A stretch of DNA of 64,000 bases from Polyangiales bacterium (GCA_038231275.1 JBBRLQ010000002.1:32001-96000); one strand, 5' to 3'. Positions 9,299 to 19,633 are shown, counted from the first letter of the stretch. Made by a program: numbers and translations. Notes: generated by a model from the letters alone, not told the origin.

Positions 9299-11458
9299 CT
9301 ACCATGTCGACACGCGGCGCGGCCGCCACGAGCCGCGGATCGGCGCAGTTCTTCGCAGCAGGATCACGCTGTGGGGGACCAGCGCGCGGTTGTCGCCGGG
9401 TTCGAGGATGGTGACCTTTGCGAGGGGCGGGAACGTCTCCTCCTTGGTGTCGAACACGATCTCCCAGGATTCGCCCCACTCCGCGGCGGGGACCCTGAAC
9501 ACGATCTCCGCCGCCGACGCGTTCATGACGAGGAGGAACGAGTCGCCCACGACCTCGTGCCCCGCGTCGTCCATCCACCCGAGCGCGTCGCCTGCCAAGA
9601 GGAGCGCGATCGCCGCCCGCTCCGGCTTCTGCCAGTCGGTCAACGACATCTCCGCCCCGTCGCACCGGAACCAGGCGATGTCCTTCGAGAGGCTGCCCGC
9701 CACTCTCTCTCCGCGCAGGAACTGGCGGCGCCGGAACACGGGCTCGCGCGCGCGCAGGGCCACGAGATCGCTCGTCCATGCCAGCTGCGCGCGTCGCGCA
9801 TCGTCGAGCCGCCAGTCGAGCCACGAGATCTCGTTGTCCTGGCAGTAGGGGTTGTTGTTGCCGCCCTGCGTCTTTCCCATCTCGTCGCCGCTCGTGATCA
9901 TCGGCACGCCTTGCGAGAGGAGCAGCGTCGCGAGCAGGTTGCGCTGCTGGCGCCTGCGGAGCTCGTTCACGGCCGGATCGGCGGTCTCGCCCTCGACGCC
10001 GCAGTTCCAGCTCGCGTTGTCGTCCGACCCGTCGCGGTTGTCCTCGCCGTTCGACTGGTTCCGCTTCTTCTGGTAGCTGACCAGATCGCGAATGGTGAAG
10101 CCATCGTGCGCCGTGATGAAGTTGATGCTCGCGTGCGGATGGCGTCCGTCGTCCTCGTAGAGATCGCTCGAGCCGGTGAGCCGGAATCCGAGGTCGCCGA
10201 TCTGACCGGCGTCCGCGCACCAGAAGCGGCGCGTCGTGTCGCGGTAGCGACCGTTCCATTCGGTCCACAAAATGGGGAAATTTCCCACCTGGTAGCCGCC
10301 TTCACCGAGATCCCACGGCTCGGCGATGAGCTTCACGTTCGAGAGGATCGGATCCTGATGGACGATGTCGAAGAACGCGCTCAGCTTGTCCACGCTCGCC
10401 GCCTCGCGCGCGAGAGTCGACGCGAGATCGAAGCGAAAGCCGTCTACGCCCATCACGGTCACCCAATACCGGAGGCTGTCCATGATGAGCTTGAGCACCT
10501 GCGGGTGCAGCATGTTGAGCGCGTTGCCGCAGCCCGAGTAATCCTCGTAGAGGAGCGGGTTCTGCGGCTTGAGGCGGTAGTAGGTCCGGTTGTCGATGCC
10601 GCGCAGGCTAATCGACGGGCCCAGCAGATCGCCTTCGCAGGTGTGGTTGTAGACGACGTCGAGCACGACCTCGATGCCCGCCGCGTGGAGCGCGCGGACC
10701 ATCTGCTTCCACTCGGTGACCTGCTCGCCGGGGCGCGACGCGAACCGCTGATCGGGCGCGAAGAAGCCGAGCGTGGAGTAGCCCCAGTAGTTCGTCATGC
10801 CGCGCAAGGCGACGGGCGCCTCGGTCGCGCACTCGTGGACGGGCAAGAGCTCGAGGGTCGTGACGCCGAGGCCCTTCAGGTGCGCGATCGCGGCGGGGTG
10901 CGCGAGGCCGAGGTAGGTGCCGCGGATCGCCTCCGGGATGTCGGGGTGCGTCTTGGTGAACCCCTTCACGTGCGCTTCGTAGACGACCGCGTCGGGCCAC
11001 GGCACGTCGGGACGCGGGACGTTCCCCCAGTCGAAGTCGTCCTGGACGACGATCGCGCGCGGGACGAAAGGAGCGTCGTCGTGCTCGTCCTTTCGCTGCT
11101 CTTCGGGGCGACCCGCGAAGGCGCGCACCGGGCCGCGGTGATCGACCTTGCCAAGGACGGCGCGTGCGTACGGGTCGAGCACCAGCTTCTGCGGGTTGAA
11201 CCAGTGACCGGCGGCGGGCTCATACCGTCCATCGACGCGGTAGCCGTAGCGCTGTCCGGGCAAGATGCCGGGGACGTATCCGTGAAACACGTAGGCCGTG
11301 CGCTCGCGGAGCAGGATGCGTTCTTCACGCCCTTCGGCGTCGAAGAGGCACAGCGTGACGGCGCGCGCGTTCTCGGAGAAGAGGGCGAAGTTCACGCCGT
11401 GGCCGTCGAACGTGGCTCCGAGCGGACCGGGACGCCCCGGCCTGAGGGAGAAGCTCAT
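9299..11458 (-). CDS. glgX: Glycogen debranching enzyme (GH13 isoamylase)
   Basis: GVNFALFS, NYWGY, DVVYNHT, GFRFDLA, IAEPWD, FITAHDGFT. Confidence 0.96.
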   Translation of the reverse strand: MSFSLRPGRPGPLGATFDGHGVNFALFSENARAVTLCLFDAEGREERILLRERTAYVFHGYVPGILPGQRYGYRVDGRYEPAAGHWFNPQKLVLDPYARAVLGKVDHRGPVRAFAGRPEEQRKDEHDDAPFVPRAIVVQDDFDWGNVPRPDVPWPDAVVYEAHVKGFTKTHPDIPEAIRGTYLGLAHPAAIAHLKGLGVTTLELLPVHECATEAPVALRGMTNYWGYSTLGFFAPDQRFASRPGEQVTEWKQMVRALHAAGIEVVLDVVYNHTCEGDLLGPSISLRGIDNRTYYRLKPQNPLLYEDYSGCGNALNMLHPQVLKLIMDSLRYWVTVMGVDGFRFDLASTLAREAASVDKLSAFFDIVHQDPILSNVKLIAEPWDLGEGGYQVGNFPILWTEWNGRYRDTTRRFWCADAGQIGDLGFRLTGSSDLYEDDGRHPHASINFITAHDGFTIRDLVSYQKKRNQSNGEDNRDGSDDNASWNCGVEGETADPAVNELRRRQQRNLLATLLLSQGVPMITSGDEMGKTQGGNNNPYCQDNEISWLDWRLDDARRAQLAWTSDLVALRAREPVFRRRQFLRGERVAGSLSKDIAWFRCDGAEMSLTDWQKPERAAIALLLAGDALGWMDDAGHEVVGDSFLLVMNASAAEIVFRVPAAEWGESWEIVFDTKEETFPPLAKVTILEPGDNRALVPHSVILLRRTAPIRGSWRPRRVSTW

Positions 11459-11476
11459 CGAAGCTCTTATATCAGG

Positions 11477-13036
11477 TCAGCGCGCGCGGCCGGTCCGCTG
11501 CGCGATGCGGCGAAGGCGGGCCATGCGGGCCTCGACGTCCGTGTCGCAGGCGAGCTCTTCGAGCGGGCGCGGCAAGCGGTACATCCAGTTGTCGCCTCCG
11601 ACGGTGCCGGGCGTGTTGATGCGCGCGCCCTCCCCGAGGATCTCCTGCGGAAGCATCAGCGCGAGGTCGGCGCCGCTCCCGAGGAGCGTGTCGGTCAGCG
11701 CGAGGAGCCTCGCGTCGTCGGTCATGGTCGGCTTCACGCCGGCGATCTCGGAGAGCGCGTCGCGATCCTTCTTCGGCAGCTCGGCCCACCACGACGTGAT
11801 CGGCGCGGTGTCGTGGGTGCTGAGCGACGCGACGCTCGACGCCGGAAAGCCGGCGGGGTCGCGGAAGCCGGTCTCGTCCTGCTCCCACGGGATGACGCGG
11901 TAGCCCGGGAGACCCAGCTCTTTCATCGTCGCGCGCACGAACGGTGGGATGACTCCGAGATCCTCTGCGATCACTCTGGCAGGCGCCGCCTCGGCGAGGA
12001 TCACCGACAGCACGCGTGCGCCGCGGGCGATTTGCGCCTCTTCGTTCGCGGGATCGAAGCGCCCGGGGCCGCGTCCGTCGCCGGCGGTTCGTGGACGGAC
12101 CCATTGGCGGAAGTAACCCACGACGTGATCGAGGCGGAAGCGATCGTAGAGGCGCGCCGCATGACGAGTGCGCGCCCGGTGCCACGAGAGATCGTCCTCG
12201 TCCATCGCAGCCCAGTCGTAGGCGGGCAGACCCCAGTCTTGCCCGTCCGGGCTGAACGCGTCGGGCGGCGCGCCGAGCGACACGTCCTGGCGGAACTGGG
12301 TCGCGTGCCCCCAGACGTCCGCGCTCTCGCCGCCGACGATGAAGGGGACGTCTCCCATCAGCTCGACGCTGAGCCCGCGAAGCTCGCCGCGCGCGCGGTC
12401 CCATTGCACGTGGGCGCACCACTGCAGGTACTGGTGCTCCAGAATCGCGAGCTTCGATTTCTCCCGCGCGGCCGCGAGAGCATCGGCCTTGCGCGTGCGC
12501 TCGCCGTCGGGCCACGTCTCCCAGCCGTATCCACCGTGCGCGTCGCGGAGGGCGACGTAGAGCGCGAGATCGTCGCACCACGACGCCTCGCGCGCGACGA
12601 AGGCACGAAAGACCTTCGCGCGCGGCGTGCCCTTCAGCCAGTGCTCGCGGTGAAAGCGCTCGAACGCGGCGTGGAGGACGCGAGACTTGAGCGTGCGGAC
12701 GGCGGCGTAGTCGACCCGCGCGGCGGCACGAACGCGCGCGAGCTCGCGCTCTCCTTCCCGACCGAGCGCGGCGCGGATCGCGTCTTCGTCGAGATCCTCG
12801 ACGTCACGCACGGCGATGTAGACGGGGTCCAGACCGAAGGACGTGCGCGCGCCGTAAGGGCTCGACTCCCCCGCCGCCAGCTCGTACGGCGGAAGGAGCT
12901 GGACGAGCCCCATCCCTGCGCGCTCGAGCCATGCGGCGCAAAGCGGCAGATCGGCGATCTCGCCGATGCCCCAGTCCCGCGTGGAGCGGATGGAAAAGAG
13001 CGGGATCGTGCAGCCTGCGACGCGGGAGCGAGACAT
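11477..13036 (-). CDS. malQ: 4-alpha-glucanotransferase (GH77)
   Basis: SSPY, GAPPDAFSPDGQDWGLP, RLDHVVG, AEDLG, STHDT, INTPGT..NWMYR. Confidence 0.94.
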   Translation of the reverse strand: MSRSRVAGCTIPLFSIRSTRDWGIGEIADLPLCAAWLERAGMGLVQLLPPYELAAGESSPYGARTSFGLDPVYIAVRDVEDLDEDAIRAALGREGERELARVRAAARVDYAAVRTLKSRVLHAAFERFHREHWLKGTPRAKVFRAFVAREASWCDDLALYVALRDAHGGYGWETWPDGERTRKADALAAAREKSKLAILEHQYLQWCAHVQWDRARGELRGLSVELMGDVPFIVGGESADVWGHATQFRQDVSLGAPPDAFSPDGQDWGLPAYDWAAMDEDDLSWHRARTRHAARLYDRFRLDHVVGYFRQWVRPRTAGDGRGPGRFDPANEEAQIARGARVLSVILAEAAPARVIAEDLGVIPPFVRATMKELGLPGYRVIPWEQDETGFRDPAGFPASSVASLSTHDTAPITSWWAELPKKDRDALSEIAGVKPTMTDDARLLALTDTLLGSGADLALMLPQEILGEGARINTPGTVGGDNWMYRLPRPLEELACDTDVEARMARLRRIAQRTGRAR

Positions 13037-13142
13037 GCGTTCCCGGGCATGTCGCACACCCGCTAGGCCCGCGCAAGGAGAACGTCACGCAGGTATGAGT
13101 TGCGAGCGCTCGACCCAAGGAAGCCCGGCAGATGGCACACTA

Positions 13143-13922
13143 ATGGAGGTGCGCATCTCCGGCTTCTCCGGCTTCGCCGTCGCTTCCCTCGCGGTCCACG
13201 TCGCGCTTGCGGTGGTGCTCGCGCGCGGCGCCGCGAAACCCGTGACTGAAGCTCCCCCGAGCACCGCGACGTTGGCGGGCGACACCTTCGAGGTGAACGA
13301 GCCGGGGGATGGAGAGGACATCGACGAGCTGGATCCGACGCCGACGCCGACGCCAACTCCGGCGCCGACTCCGACGCCGGATCCGGATCCGGATCCGACT
13401 CTCACTCCGTCTCCGCGCGCCCAGGCGCGTAGCAAGAGCAAAGCGGCGCGGGCGGCCGCGGCGAATCCTGGTCCCGTGGCCCCGCCGGTCACTGCGTTCG
13501 GCGCGGTCGGCGAGCGCGGCGCAGTCGATCTGCCTACCGCCTTCACGCGCGCGTTTCCGCAAGCCGCGAGCGCCGACCCCGCGTGGTCGCGCGTGCCGTT
13601 CGGCGCGGCGGGGGACTGCGATCTCACGCTGACCCTCGACGAGAATGGCAAGCTCATGTCAACGACGGTCTCCCCCGGCGCGCCCGCTGCGCTGAAGACG
13701 GGGATCTCCCGCACTGTGGCCCTCATCCGCGGGAGGGCGTTCACCGCCGCCGGCGCGCGCACGCGGCTCCACGTCACCGCGAGCGTCGCGCCCGATCAAG
13801 TCCACGACGGCCTCCACGGCGACGTCTTCGCACTGGGCGGCAGCTTCACCGGCGGCCAGGGCAACGCCTTCTTCGCGCTCGCCATCGGTCGCCGCATCGA
13901 CGTCCGAATCGTCGGCCGCTGA
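13143..13922 (+). CDS. Membrane-anchored Pro/Thr-rich protein, TonB-like architecture
   Basis: N-terminal TM with SLAVH (TonB-type SxxxH), PT/PD repeat linker, globular C-terminus. Confidence 0.6.
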   Translation: MEVRISGFSGFAVASLAVHVALAVVLARGAAKPVTEAPPSTATLAGDTFEVNEPGDGEDIDELDPTPTPTPTPAPTPTPDPDPDPTLTPSPRAQARSKSKAARAAAANPGPVAPPVTAFGAVGERGAVDLPTAFTRAFPQAASADPAWSRVPFGAAGDCDLTLTLDENGKLMSTTVSPGAPAALKTGISRTVALIRGRAFTAAGARTRLHVTASVAPDQVHDGLHGDVFALGGSFTGGQGNAFFALAIGRRIDVRIVGR

Positions 13923-13971
13923 CGCGACAGGCGGCTTTGCCCCGCGATCGAGCTCTGCTACGAACGCGCAG

Positions 13972-15774
13972 ATGACGGAGAAGCGGCGTCTCGCGATCGC
14001 GTCGGGCGCGCTGGCGCTGGCGACCGTGCTCTACGCCCTCCTCGTCGTGAAGGACTTCTCGGGGCCGCTCATCGGCACCGACGACACGCCGCTCTACGAG
14101 TACCTCGGATACCACCTCCGGGATCACTACCGCTTCGGCCTCCCGCCCGACCTCGGCCTCCTGACGAACGACGTCGGCTACTGGCACGGGACGAGCGCGG
14201 CGTATTTGCCGTGGTGCGCCGAGCGCGATCTCGGCGCGGCGGCTCTCTTGCGCGCGTTCGGCCCGGGCCCGTGGCTTCAGCTCTACGCCGCCGCGTCGCC
14301 GGCGATCGGAGCGTTCGGGACGCTCTTCTTGCTCCGGCGCGAGGTCGGCGTGACGCGCGCCGCGCTCGTGGCGTTCGCCGGCAATTTCATGGCCTTCTAC
14401 GCGGCCTACAAATTCCCCTACCACGTGAACATCGCGTGCCTTCACTGGTGCGTCCTGTCGATCGTCTGCGATTTCGTGATCACACGGCGCATCCTCGAGG
14501 ATCGCCCCATCGACGCATTGCTGCTCCTCGTCCGCGCTGCGCTGATGACGTTGCTCATCGGGCTCGATCTCCCTTACGTCGCCGGCTATCCGCTCACGTT
14601 CTTCACCGTGTCGCTCGCGTTCTGGATCGGGCGCTGGGTCTTCGTCGCGCGGCGCTGCGGAGTGAACCTGCGCTCCTATTTTCCGAAGGCGCCGCTCGCC
14701 GATCTCGCGAAGACGCCCATCCTCACCGCGCTCGCCGCCGCCGGGTTCCTCTTCGGCGCCATCGTGTACGTCCCCTTCGCGTTCGCGATCGTCCGCGGCT
14801 CGCGTGTCTATTCGTTCGACGACGCCGGCGGAAATTTTTGGGCGAGCTGGCCGCGCCTCCTCTTGCCGTTTCTTCCCGGCGCGAACCCGTCCTCGGGCTG
14901 GGTGACGGGCATCTTCGGCGACGTCGAGGGCGTCGCCGAGTACTGCGTCGGGTGGGCGCTGCTCGGCTTCGCGGCGCTCGGTGTCCACGCGGCGGCCCGA
15001 CGGCGGGCGTGGCTCACTGTGGGTCCGCTCCTCGTCACGTTCCTCCTCTGCTACGCGTTTCACCCGAAGCGTTTCCCTACCCTCCACCTGTTCCCGTGGT
15101 TCTTCTTCAACCGGGTCGCGGGTCGATCGACCGTGGTCTTTCCGCTCCTCCTCGCGCTGATGGCCCTCCAGTGGGAGCCGCGCGGAAAGCGTGTACTCTA
15201 CATTCTCTTCGGCCTGGCCCTCGCCGAGACCGCGACGGCGTACACGCTCGTGAACCACTACACGCCGATGCACTTCGACGCGCAGGTCCGCGCGTACTTC
15301 GCGGCCGTGCGAGGCAGCGACGGCGAGGCGATCCTCGAGTGGCCCTTCTGCGTCGCGGGCGGCAACGGCGTCGGCACGAGCGAGCTCTGTCCGTACTACG
15401 GCGTCCAGTCGACGGCGTTCACGAACAGGCGGTTCTTCGACAAGAAGGTCGTCAGCTTCTACTTCAGCCGGCTCCACCCGAGCCAGGTCACGCCGCGCGC
15501 CGAGCTCGCCGCGCTCTTCAACCCCGATGACCCCGACGTCCACAAGGCGCGCCGCGAGACGCGGTGCTTCGACGACGGGCAGTGGGCGCTCTTCGATCGG
15601 ACCTACCACCAGCACGATTTCGGCGGGATCCAGCTCTACGTCGACCGCCTGCCCGCGTCGTGCGTCGAGCAGTTCCACGCGCGCTACGGGGCGCCTGCGG
15701 CGAGCGCGATCATGCCGGGGCTAGGTCGCGTCGAGCTCCTCCGCCGCGCGCCGCGGCCGCGGACGGTGGAGTGA
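13972..15774 (+). CDS. Polytopic membrane protein, GT-C/YfhO-like glycosyltransferase candidate
   Basis: About 10 or more TM segments, acidic first loop (GTDD), periplasmic C-terminal domain (ILEWP). Confidence 0.55.
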   Translation: MTEKRRLAIASGALALATVLYALLVVKDFSGPLIGTDDTPLYEYLGYHLRDHYRFGLPPDLGLLTNDVGYWHGTSAAYLPWCAERDLGAAALLRAFGPGPWLQLYAAASPAIGAFGTLFLLRREVGVTRAALVAFAGNFMAFYAAYKFPYHVNIACLHWCVLSIVCDFVITRRILEDRPIDALLLLVRAALMTLLIGLDLPYVAGYPLTFFTVSLAFWIGRWVFVARRCGVNLRSYFPKAPLADLAKTPILTALAAAGFLFGAIVYVPFAFAIVRGSRVYSFDDAGGNFWASWPRLLLPFLPGANPSSGWVTGIFGDVEGVAEYCVGWALLGFAALGVHAAARRRAWLTVGPLLVTFLLCYAFHPKRFPTLHLFPWFFFNRVAGRSTVVFPLLLALMALQWEPRGKRVLYILFGLALAETATAYTLVNHYTPMHFDAQVRAYFAAVRGSDGEAILEWPFCVAGGNGVGTSELCPYYGVQSTAFTNRRFFDKKVVSFYFSRLHPSQVTPRAELAALFNPDDPDVHKARRETRCFDDGQWALFDRTYHQHDFGGIQLYVDRLPASCVEQFHARYGAPAASAIMPGLGRVELLRRAPRPRTVE

Positions 15775-16553
15775 CGCGCGCGACTGCACGGCGGCTGTCG
15801 CTGCTCGGCGCCGCATTGCTCGGCGCGTCGAGCTGCGTTCGTGCGCCTGCGCCGCCCGTTCCATCCATCGATCCGCCGCGAGCGCGCGTGCTCCACGTGG
15901 TCGCCGTCGGCGCGCACCCCGACGATCCGGAGTCGGGCTGCGGTGGCACCCTCGCGCGCTACGCGGAGGCCGGGCACGCCGTGACGATCGTCTACCTCAC
16001 GCGCGGCGAGCTCGGCATCGAGGGCCGGCCGCCGGAAGAAGTGGCGAAGACACGCAGCCGCGAAGCGCTCGAGGCCTCGAGGATCCTCGGCGCGAAGGCC
16101 ATCTTCGCGGGCCAGACGAACGGGAACATGGAGGCCACCGACGCGCGGGCAGCGGAGCTCACCCGAATTCTAGAGGACGCAACGCCGGACGTCCTCCTCG
16201 CGCCGTGGCCGCTCGACACCGATCCCGAGCATCAGATCGCGTCCGCGCTCACGATGCGGGCGAAGTCCTCGTTGCGCTACGCCGTCGCGCTCTACTTCTA
16301 CGAGCTCGACACGGGCACCGACACAATCGGTTACGCGCCGACCTCCTACGTCGACATCTCGAGGGTGCGCGCTCGAAAAATCCTCGCCCTGCGCGCGCAC
16401 GCCAGCCAGAGCTTCGCGAACTTGTACGAGCGCCACGACGCGAAGATCGAGGAGTTCCGAGGCCGCGCGATCGGCGCTACCGCGGCCGAGGCCTTCGTCG
16501 TCTTTTCGGCGTCCGCCGGCCGCGGCGCGACCGGTTCGTTACCGGGGCTGTGA
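15771..16553 (+). CDS. PIG-L/LmbE family deacetylase, lipoprotein signal
   Basis: AHPDD, GGTLA, LTRGE, DPEH, HASQ, AEAF; GTG start overlaps the upstream TGA; LLGASSC lipobox-like. Confidence 0.9.
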   Translation: MTRATARRLSLLGAALLGASSCVRAPAPPVPSIDPPRARVLHVVAVGAHPDDPESGCGGTLARYAEAGHAVTIVYLTRGELGIEGRPPEEVAKTRSREALEASRILGAKAIFAGQTNGNMEATDARAAELTRILEDATPDVLLAPWPLDTDPEHQIASALTMRAKSSLRYAVALYFYELDTGTDTIGYAPTSYVDISRVRARKILALRAHASQSFANLYERHDAKIEEFRGRAIGATAAEAFVVFSASAGRGATGSLPGL

Positions 16554-16620
16554 CGCCGGCGGCGACGATCGACGTTGTCCGTCACAGATCCGCGTGCTAC
16601 CGGGTCGTGCCGGAACGGCG

Positions 16621-17610
16621 ATGCAGACTTCGTGGCAGAGCACGCTCGACCCCCACGAACGCGACGCCTACTCCGCGTTCCTCGAGGGCGCGTCGGACGG
16701 GCACTTCACGCAAGATCCGGCGTTCGCGGCGGTCGCCGTGGCCGGCAAACGTCGCGCGACCCGCTTCTTCGTGGCGCGTGAGGGGAAAGAGATCGTGGGG
16801 GTCGCGGCGGTGCTTCGCGTGCGCGCGCTCGGACCGCTCCTCGCGCCGGTCGGCATCGTGCAGCGTGGCCCCGCCTGCGGTGATCCCTCGAAGCTCGAGG
16901 CGGTCCTGCGCGCGCTCGTTCGTACCTCTCGCTTTCACGGAATCGCGCGCCTCGCGGTGATGCCGTATTGGGCGGGCGCGCAGGTGGAGCAGGCGACCGC
17001 GGCGCTCGTCGCGGCAGGCTTCCACAGCGTGCAGGAGGTCGACGGCGCCCACGCCTTCACGCTGCGCCTCGACATCGGCGGCAAATCGGACGAACAAATC
17101 CTCTCGGGCAGCGATCACAAGAAGCTCCGCTACGAGCTCAAGAGCGCGGAGCGCGCCGGCGTCGTCGTCCGCCGCGGAGAGGCCGCCGACTTCGCCGTCG
17201 TCGAGAAGCTGGAGCGCGAGCTCGCCCTCGCGCAGGGACGCCGCGTCCAATCCCCGGAGTGGTTCGCGGCGCTCGCGTCCTACATGACGAAGGACGACCG
17301 CCGCGGCGCGTTCTTCGTCAGCTCCCACGACGGCGAGCCGATCGCCGCCGCGCTCGTCCTTCGCCACGCAAAGACCACCGTGTACCTCGCCGGCGCATCG
17401 ATCGTCGCGCCGCGCCCCTATTCGAAGATGGCGCTGCCGCTCTTCGCCGCCGTCAAATGGGCGCGCGACGTCGGCTGCGACGTGTTCGATCTCGGCGGCG
17501 TCCCCGCCGAAGGCGACACCGATCCGAAGCGCGCGGCGATCGCCCAGTTCAAGCGCGACTTCTCGAAGACGCCAGTGCCCCTCGTCCCCGAGCACGCGCG
17601 CTGGTTCTAG
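16621..17610 (+). CDS. FemABX-like tandem GNAT protein
   Basis: HFTQ, RGP, RYELKSAERAGV, FDLGG, QFKRDF. Confidence 0.85.
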   Translation: MQTSWQSTLDPHERDAYSAFLEGASDGHFTQDPAFAAVAVAGKRRATRFFVAREGKEIVGVAAVLRVRALGPLLAPVGIVQRGPACGDPSKLEAVLRALVRTSRFHGIARLAVMPYWAGAQVEQATAALVAAGFHSVQEVDGAHAFTLRLDIGGKSDEQILSGSDHKKLRYELKSAERAGVVVRRGEAADFAVVEKLERELALAQGRRVQSPEWFAALASYMTKDDRRGAFFVSSHDGEPIAAALVLRHAKTTVYLAGASIVAPRPYSKMALPLFAAVKWARDVGCDVFDLGGVPAEGDTDPKRAAIAQFKRDFSKTPVPLVPEHARWF

Positions 17611-17620
17611 ACGAAGCGGA

Positions 17621-19348
17621 CTACGGAGCGTCGACGCGCTCGTAGATCGTCAACCGGTCCTGGTGGAACTTCACGTGGTACGCCGCGGGCACCAGCGACG
17701 CGGCCTCGGCCGGCGCGTCCCACATGAGCACGTGATCGTAGAGCGGCAACGCGGCCGCCCAGAACTCCGCCCAGTGCTTGAGCCACGGCTCGTGGCACTC
17801 CGAGTAGACGCCGGACTGACGCAGCATGGTGCACGTCGCGAGATCCGACCCCATCGTCGGCGCGAACGACTCGAGCATGAGGTGGTTGAACTGAACCTGC
17901 GGCGGCGGGTCCGAGTACATGACCGGGAACGATCGCGAGTGCGCGAAGAGGAGCGGCGCGCTCGTCTGCTTCTCCATCACGTAGAAGCCCCACCCGTGGA
18001 TGAGGCTGCGTGTGTTCTCGCTCGTGATCTGACGCGAGAAGAGGAGCGGCAGCAGCTTCGCCCCTTGCGGCACGTAAGGGATGCCGGCCACGAACTTCTG
18101 GCGGTCCGCTTCCAAGCGGACGAAGTCGACGCCGAGTCCGAGCGAATAGAGGACCGCCGAGAGCCCCAGGAGGCCCAGGATCTTCTTCGGATGCGGCAAC
18201 CGATCGGGCACGCGCACGAGCGCGAAGAGCCAGAGGTATGGGATGAGCCGCGAATTCACGTGGAACCAGTTCGTCGCCGTGTACGGCATCACGAGATACA
18301 GCGCACCGACGACGAAGAAGGCGACGGGCCCGAAGAACGGCACCTTGTCCTTGCGGTAGACCCACGCGAACACCGCGAGGCCCACCGCCGGAACGAAGCT
18401 CGAGATCTCGAGCTTCGTGAAGCTCCAGAGGTACTCGGCCCAAAGATGGTAGAAGAGCTCCCAGACCGGCAGCGTCCGCGACAGGTTGAGGAACCCCTGG
18501 ACGGCCCCCTGCGGCTCCGTCCAGTGATCGTAGAGCGACACGGCGAGCATCACGGTCGCCGGCGCGATCGGCACGAGGAGCCGCATCGCGCGCTGCATGC
18601 GGGCACGCCACGACGGCTGCGTCGCCGCCTCGACGACGATCAAGAGGTGAACGGCCAGGAGCGCGAACGCGTGCGCGTACCACGTGGCGCAGGCCAGCGC
18701 GACGAGCCCCGCGCTGCGCGGAAGCGAGAAGGTCGGCGCGCGCGCGTGACGATGCAGCGCGAGCAGCAAGAGGAGCGAGAGCGGGACGCCGAGCGCGAAG
18801 TCGAGCATCCCCATGCTCACGAACCAGTTGTGGACCATCGGCCAGGCGAAGAACGCCGCGACGACCATCTTCCGCCGGCTGCTCGTCAGATCGAGGACCA
18901 CGCGCGGCAGCACCATTGCGTTCAGCGCGAGGACCGCCAGCGTGAAGATCTTCGCGCCGAGCGCGACCGGCATGAGCCTGCTGCTGAGGTGCAGCCACGT
19001 GAAGAGCGCGGCGTTCGTCTTGAGGAAGCCGTTCGACACGAACTCCGGGTACGCGCTCGGGTGATCGATGACGGTGACCGCCGCGAGGTGATTCGCCAGA
19101 TCCTGGTACGGCGGCACCGGCGTCAGCGCGAGCGGCCACGCCGAGATCGCGAAGAGGACCCCGCCAATCGCCGCCGCGAGCTGCCGATCGCTGAGCAAAC
19201 CAAGCTCCCGACGCGCACGCCCGAGCAACCCTCCCGTCCCGAGATCGACGAACGGCGCCGTTCCCGTCCCGAGAGGGGCGAGCGACTGCGGTGAGCCAAC
19301 GGCAGACGTCTCGAACGCCGTCCGGCTGTCGACCTTTTGCATCACCAC
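17621..19348 (-). CDS. Polytopic membrane protein, GT-C-like
   Basis: PPYQDLANHLA motif after TM1, multiple TMs, soluble C-terminal domain. Confidence 0.6.
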   Translation of the reverse strand: MVMQKVDSRTAFETSAVGSPQSLAPLGTGTAPFVDLGTGGLLGRARRELGLLSDRQLAAAIGGVLFAISAWPLALTPVPPYQDLANHLAAVTVIDHPSAYPEFVSNGFLKTNAALFTWLHLSSRLMPVALGAKIFTLAVLALNAMVLPRVVLDLTSSRRKMVVAAFFAWPMVHNWFVSMGMLDFALGVPLSLLLLLALHRHARAPTFSLPRSAGLVALACATWYAHAFALLAVHLLIVVEAATQPSWRARMQRAMRLLVPIAPATVMLAVSLYDHWTEPQGAVQGFLNLSRTLPVWELFYHLWAEYLWSFTKLEISSFVPAVGLAVFAWVYRKDKVPFFGPVAFFVVGALYLVMPYTATNWFHVNSRLIPYLWLFALVRVPDRLPHPKKILGLLGLSAVLYSLGLGVDFVRLEADRQKFVAGIPYVPQGAKLLPLLFSRQITSENTRSLIHGWGFYVMEKQTSAPLLFAHSRSFPVMYSDPPPQVQFNHLMLESFAPTMGSDLATCTMLRQSGVYSECHEPWLKHWAEFWAAALPLYDHVLMWDAPAEAASLVPAAYHVKFHQDRLTIYERVDAP

Positions 19349-19431
19349 GGGGACGAGGAGCTCCTGAGCTGCGACATGGAGAAGGTCATGAAGATAAGTG
19401 GCCGGAACCGGTCCGACCCGTGGATGTCCCT

Positions 19432-19448
19432 AGCAAAGCCTGGCCCAG
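19432..19448 (-). promoter_or_regulatory. Candidate sigma54 promoter
   Basis: Minus strand CTGGGCCAGGCTTTGCT = GG-N10-GC with TTGC, about 85 nt upstream of the CDS starting at 19348. Confidence 0.4.
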
Positions 19449-19633
19449 CGGGGAACCCAAGAAAAAGGCCAAAAACCGCCACGCCGGACCTTAGCCGAAC
19501 TGGCGCAGGGCTCGCCAGACTGACGTGACGATCATGGTTTTCCGTGGTGAGACAGATCGCCCCTATTTTCGTCATGCATTCAACACTTACTTAGGCACAC
19601 ATCCCGCAAAGGACGCGTCGGGAGAGCCGACGA

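Noticed and set aside
9128-13066. Very long antisense or alternate-frame ORFs (e.g. 1312 aa here, 53882-56449, 49987-52326, 34099-36465)
   Set aside because: Shadow ORFs caused by high GC3 in real genes; Arg/Ala-rich with no motifs. Only the last 137 aa of 34099-36465 and a short stretch of 53882-56449 are real.
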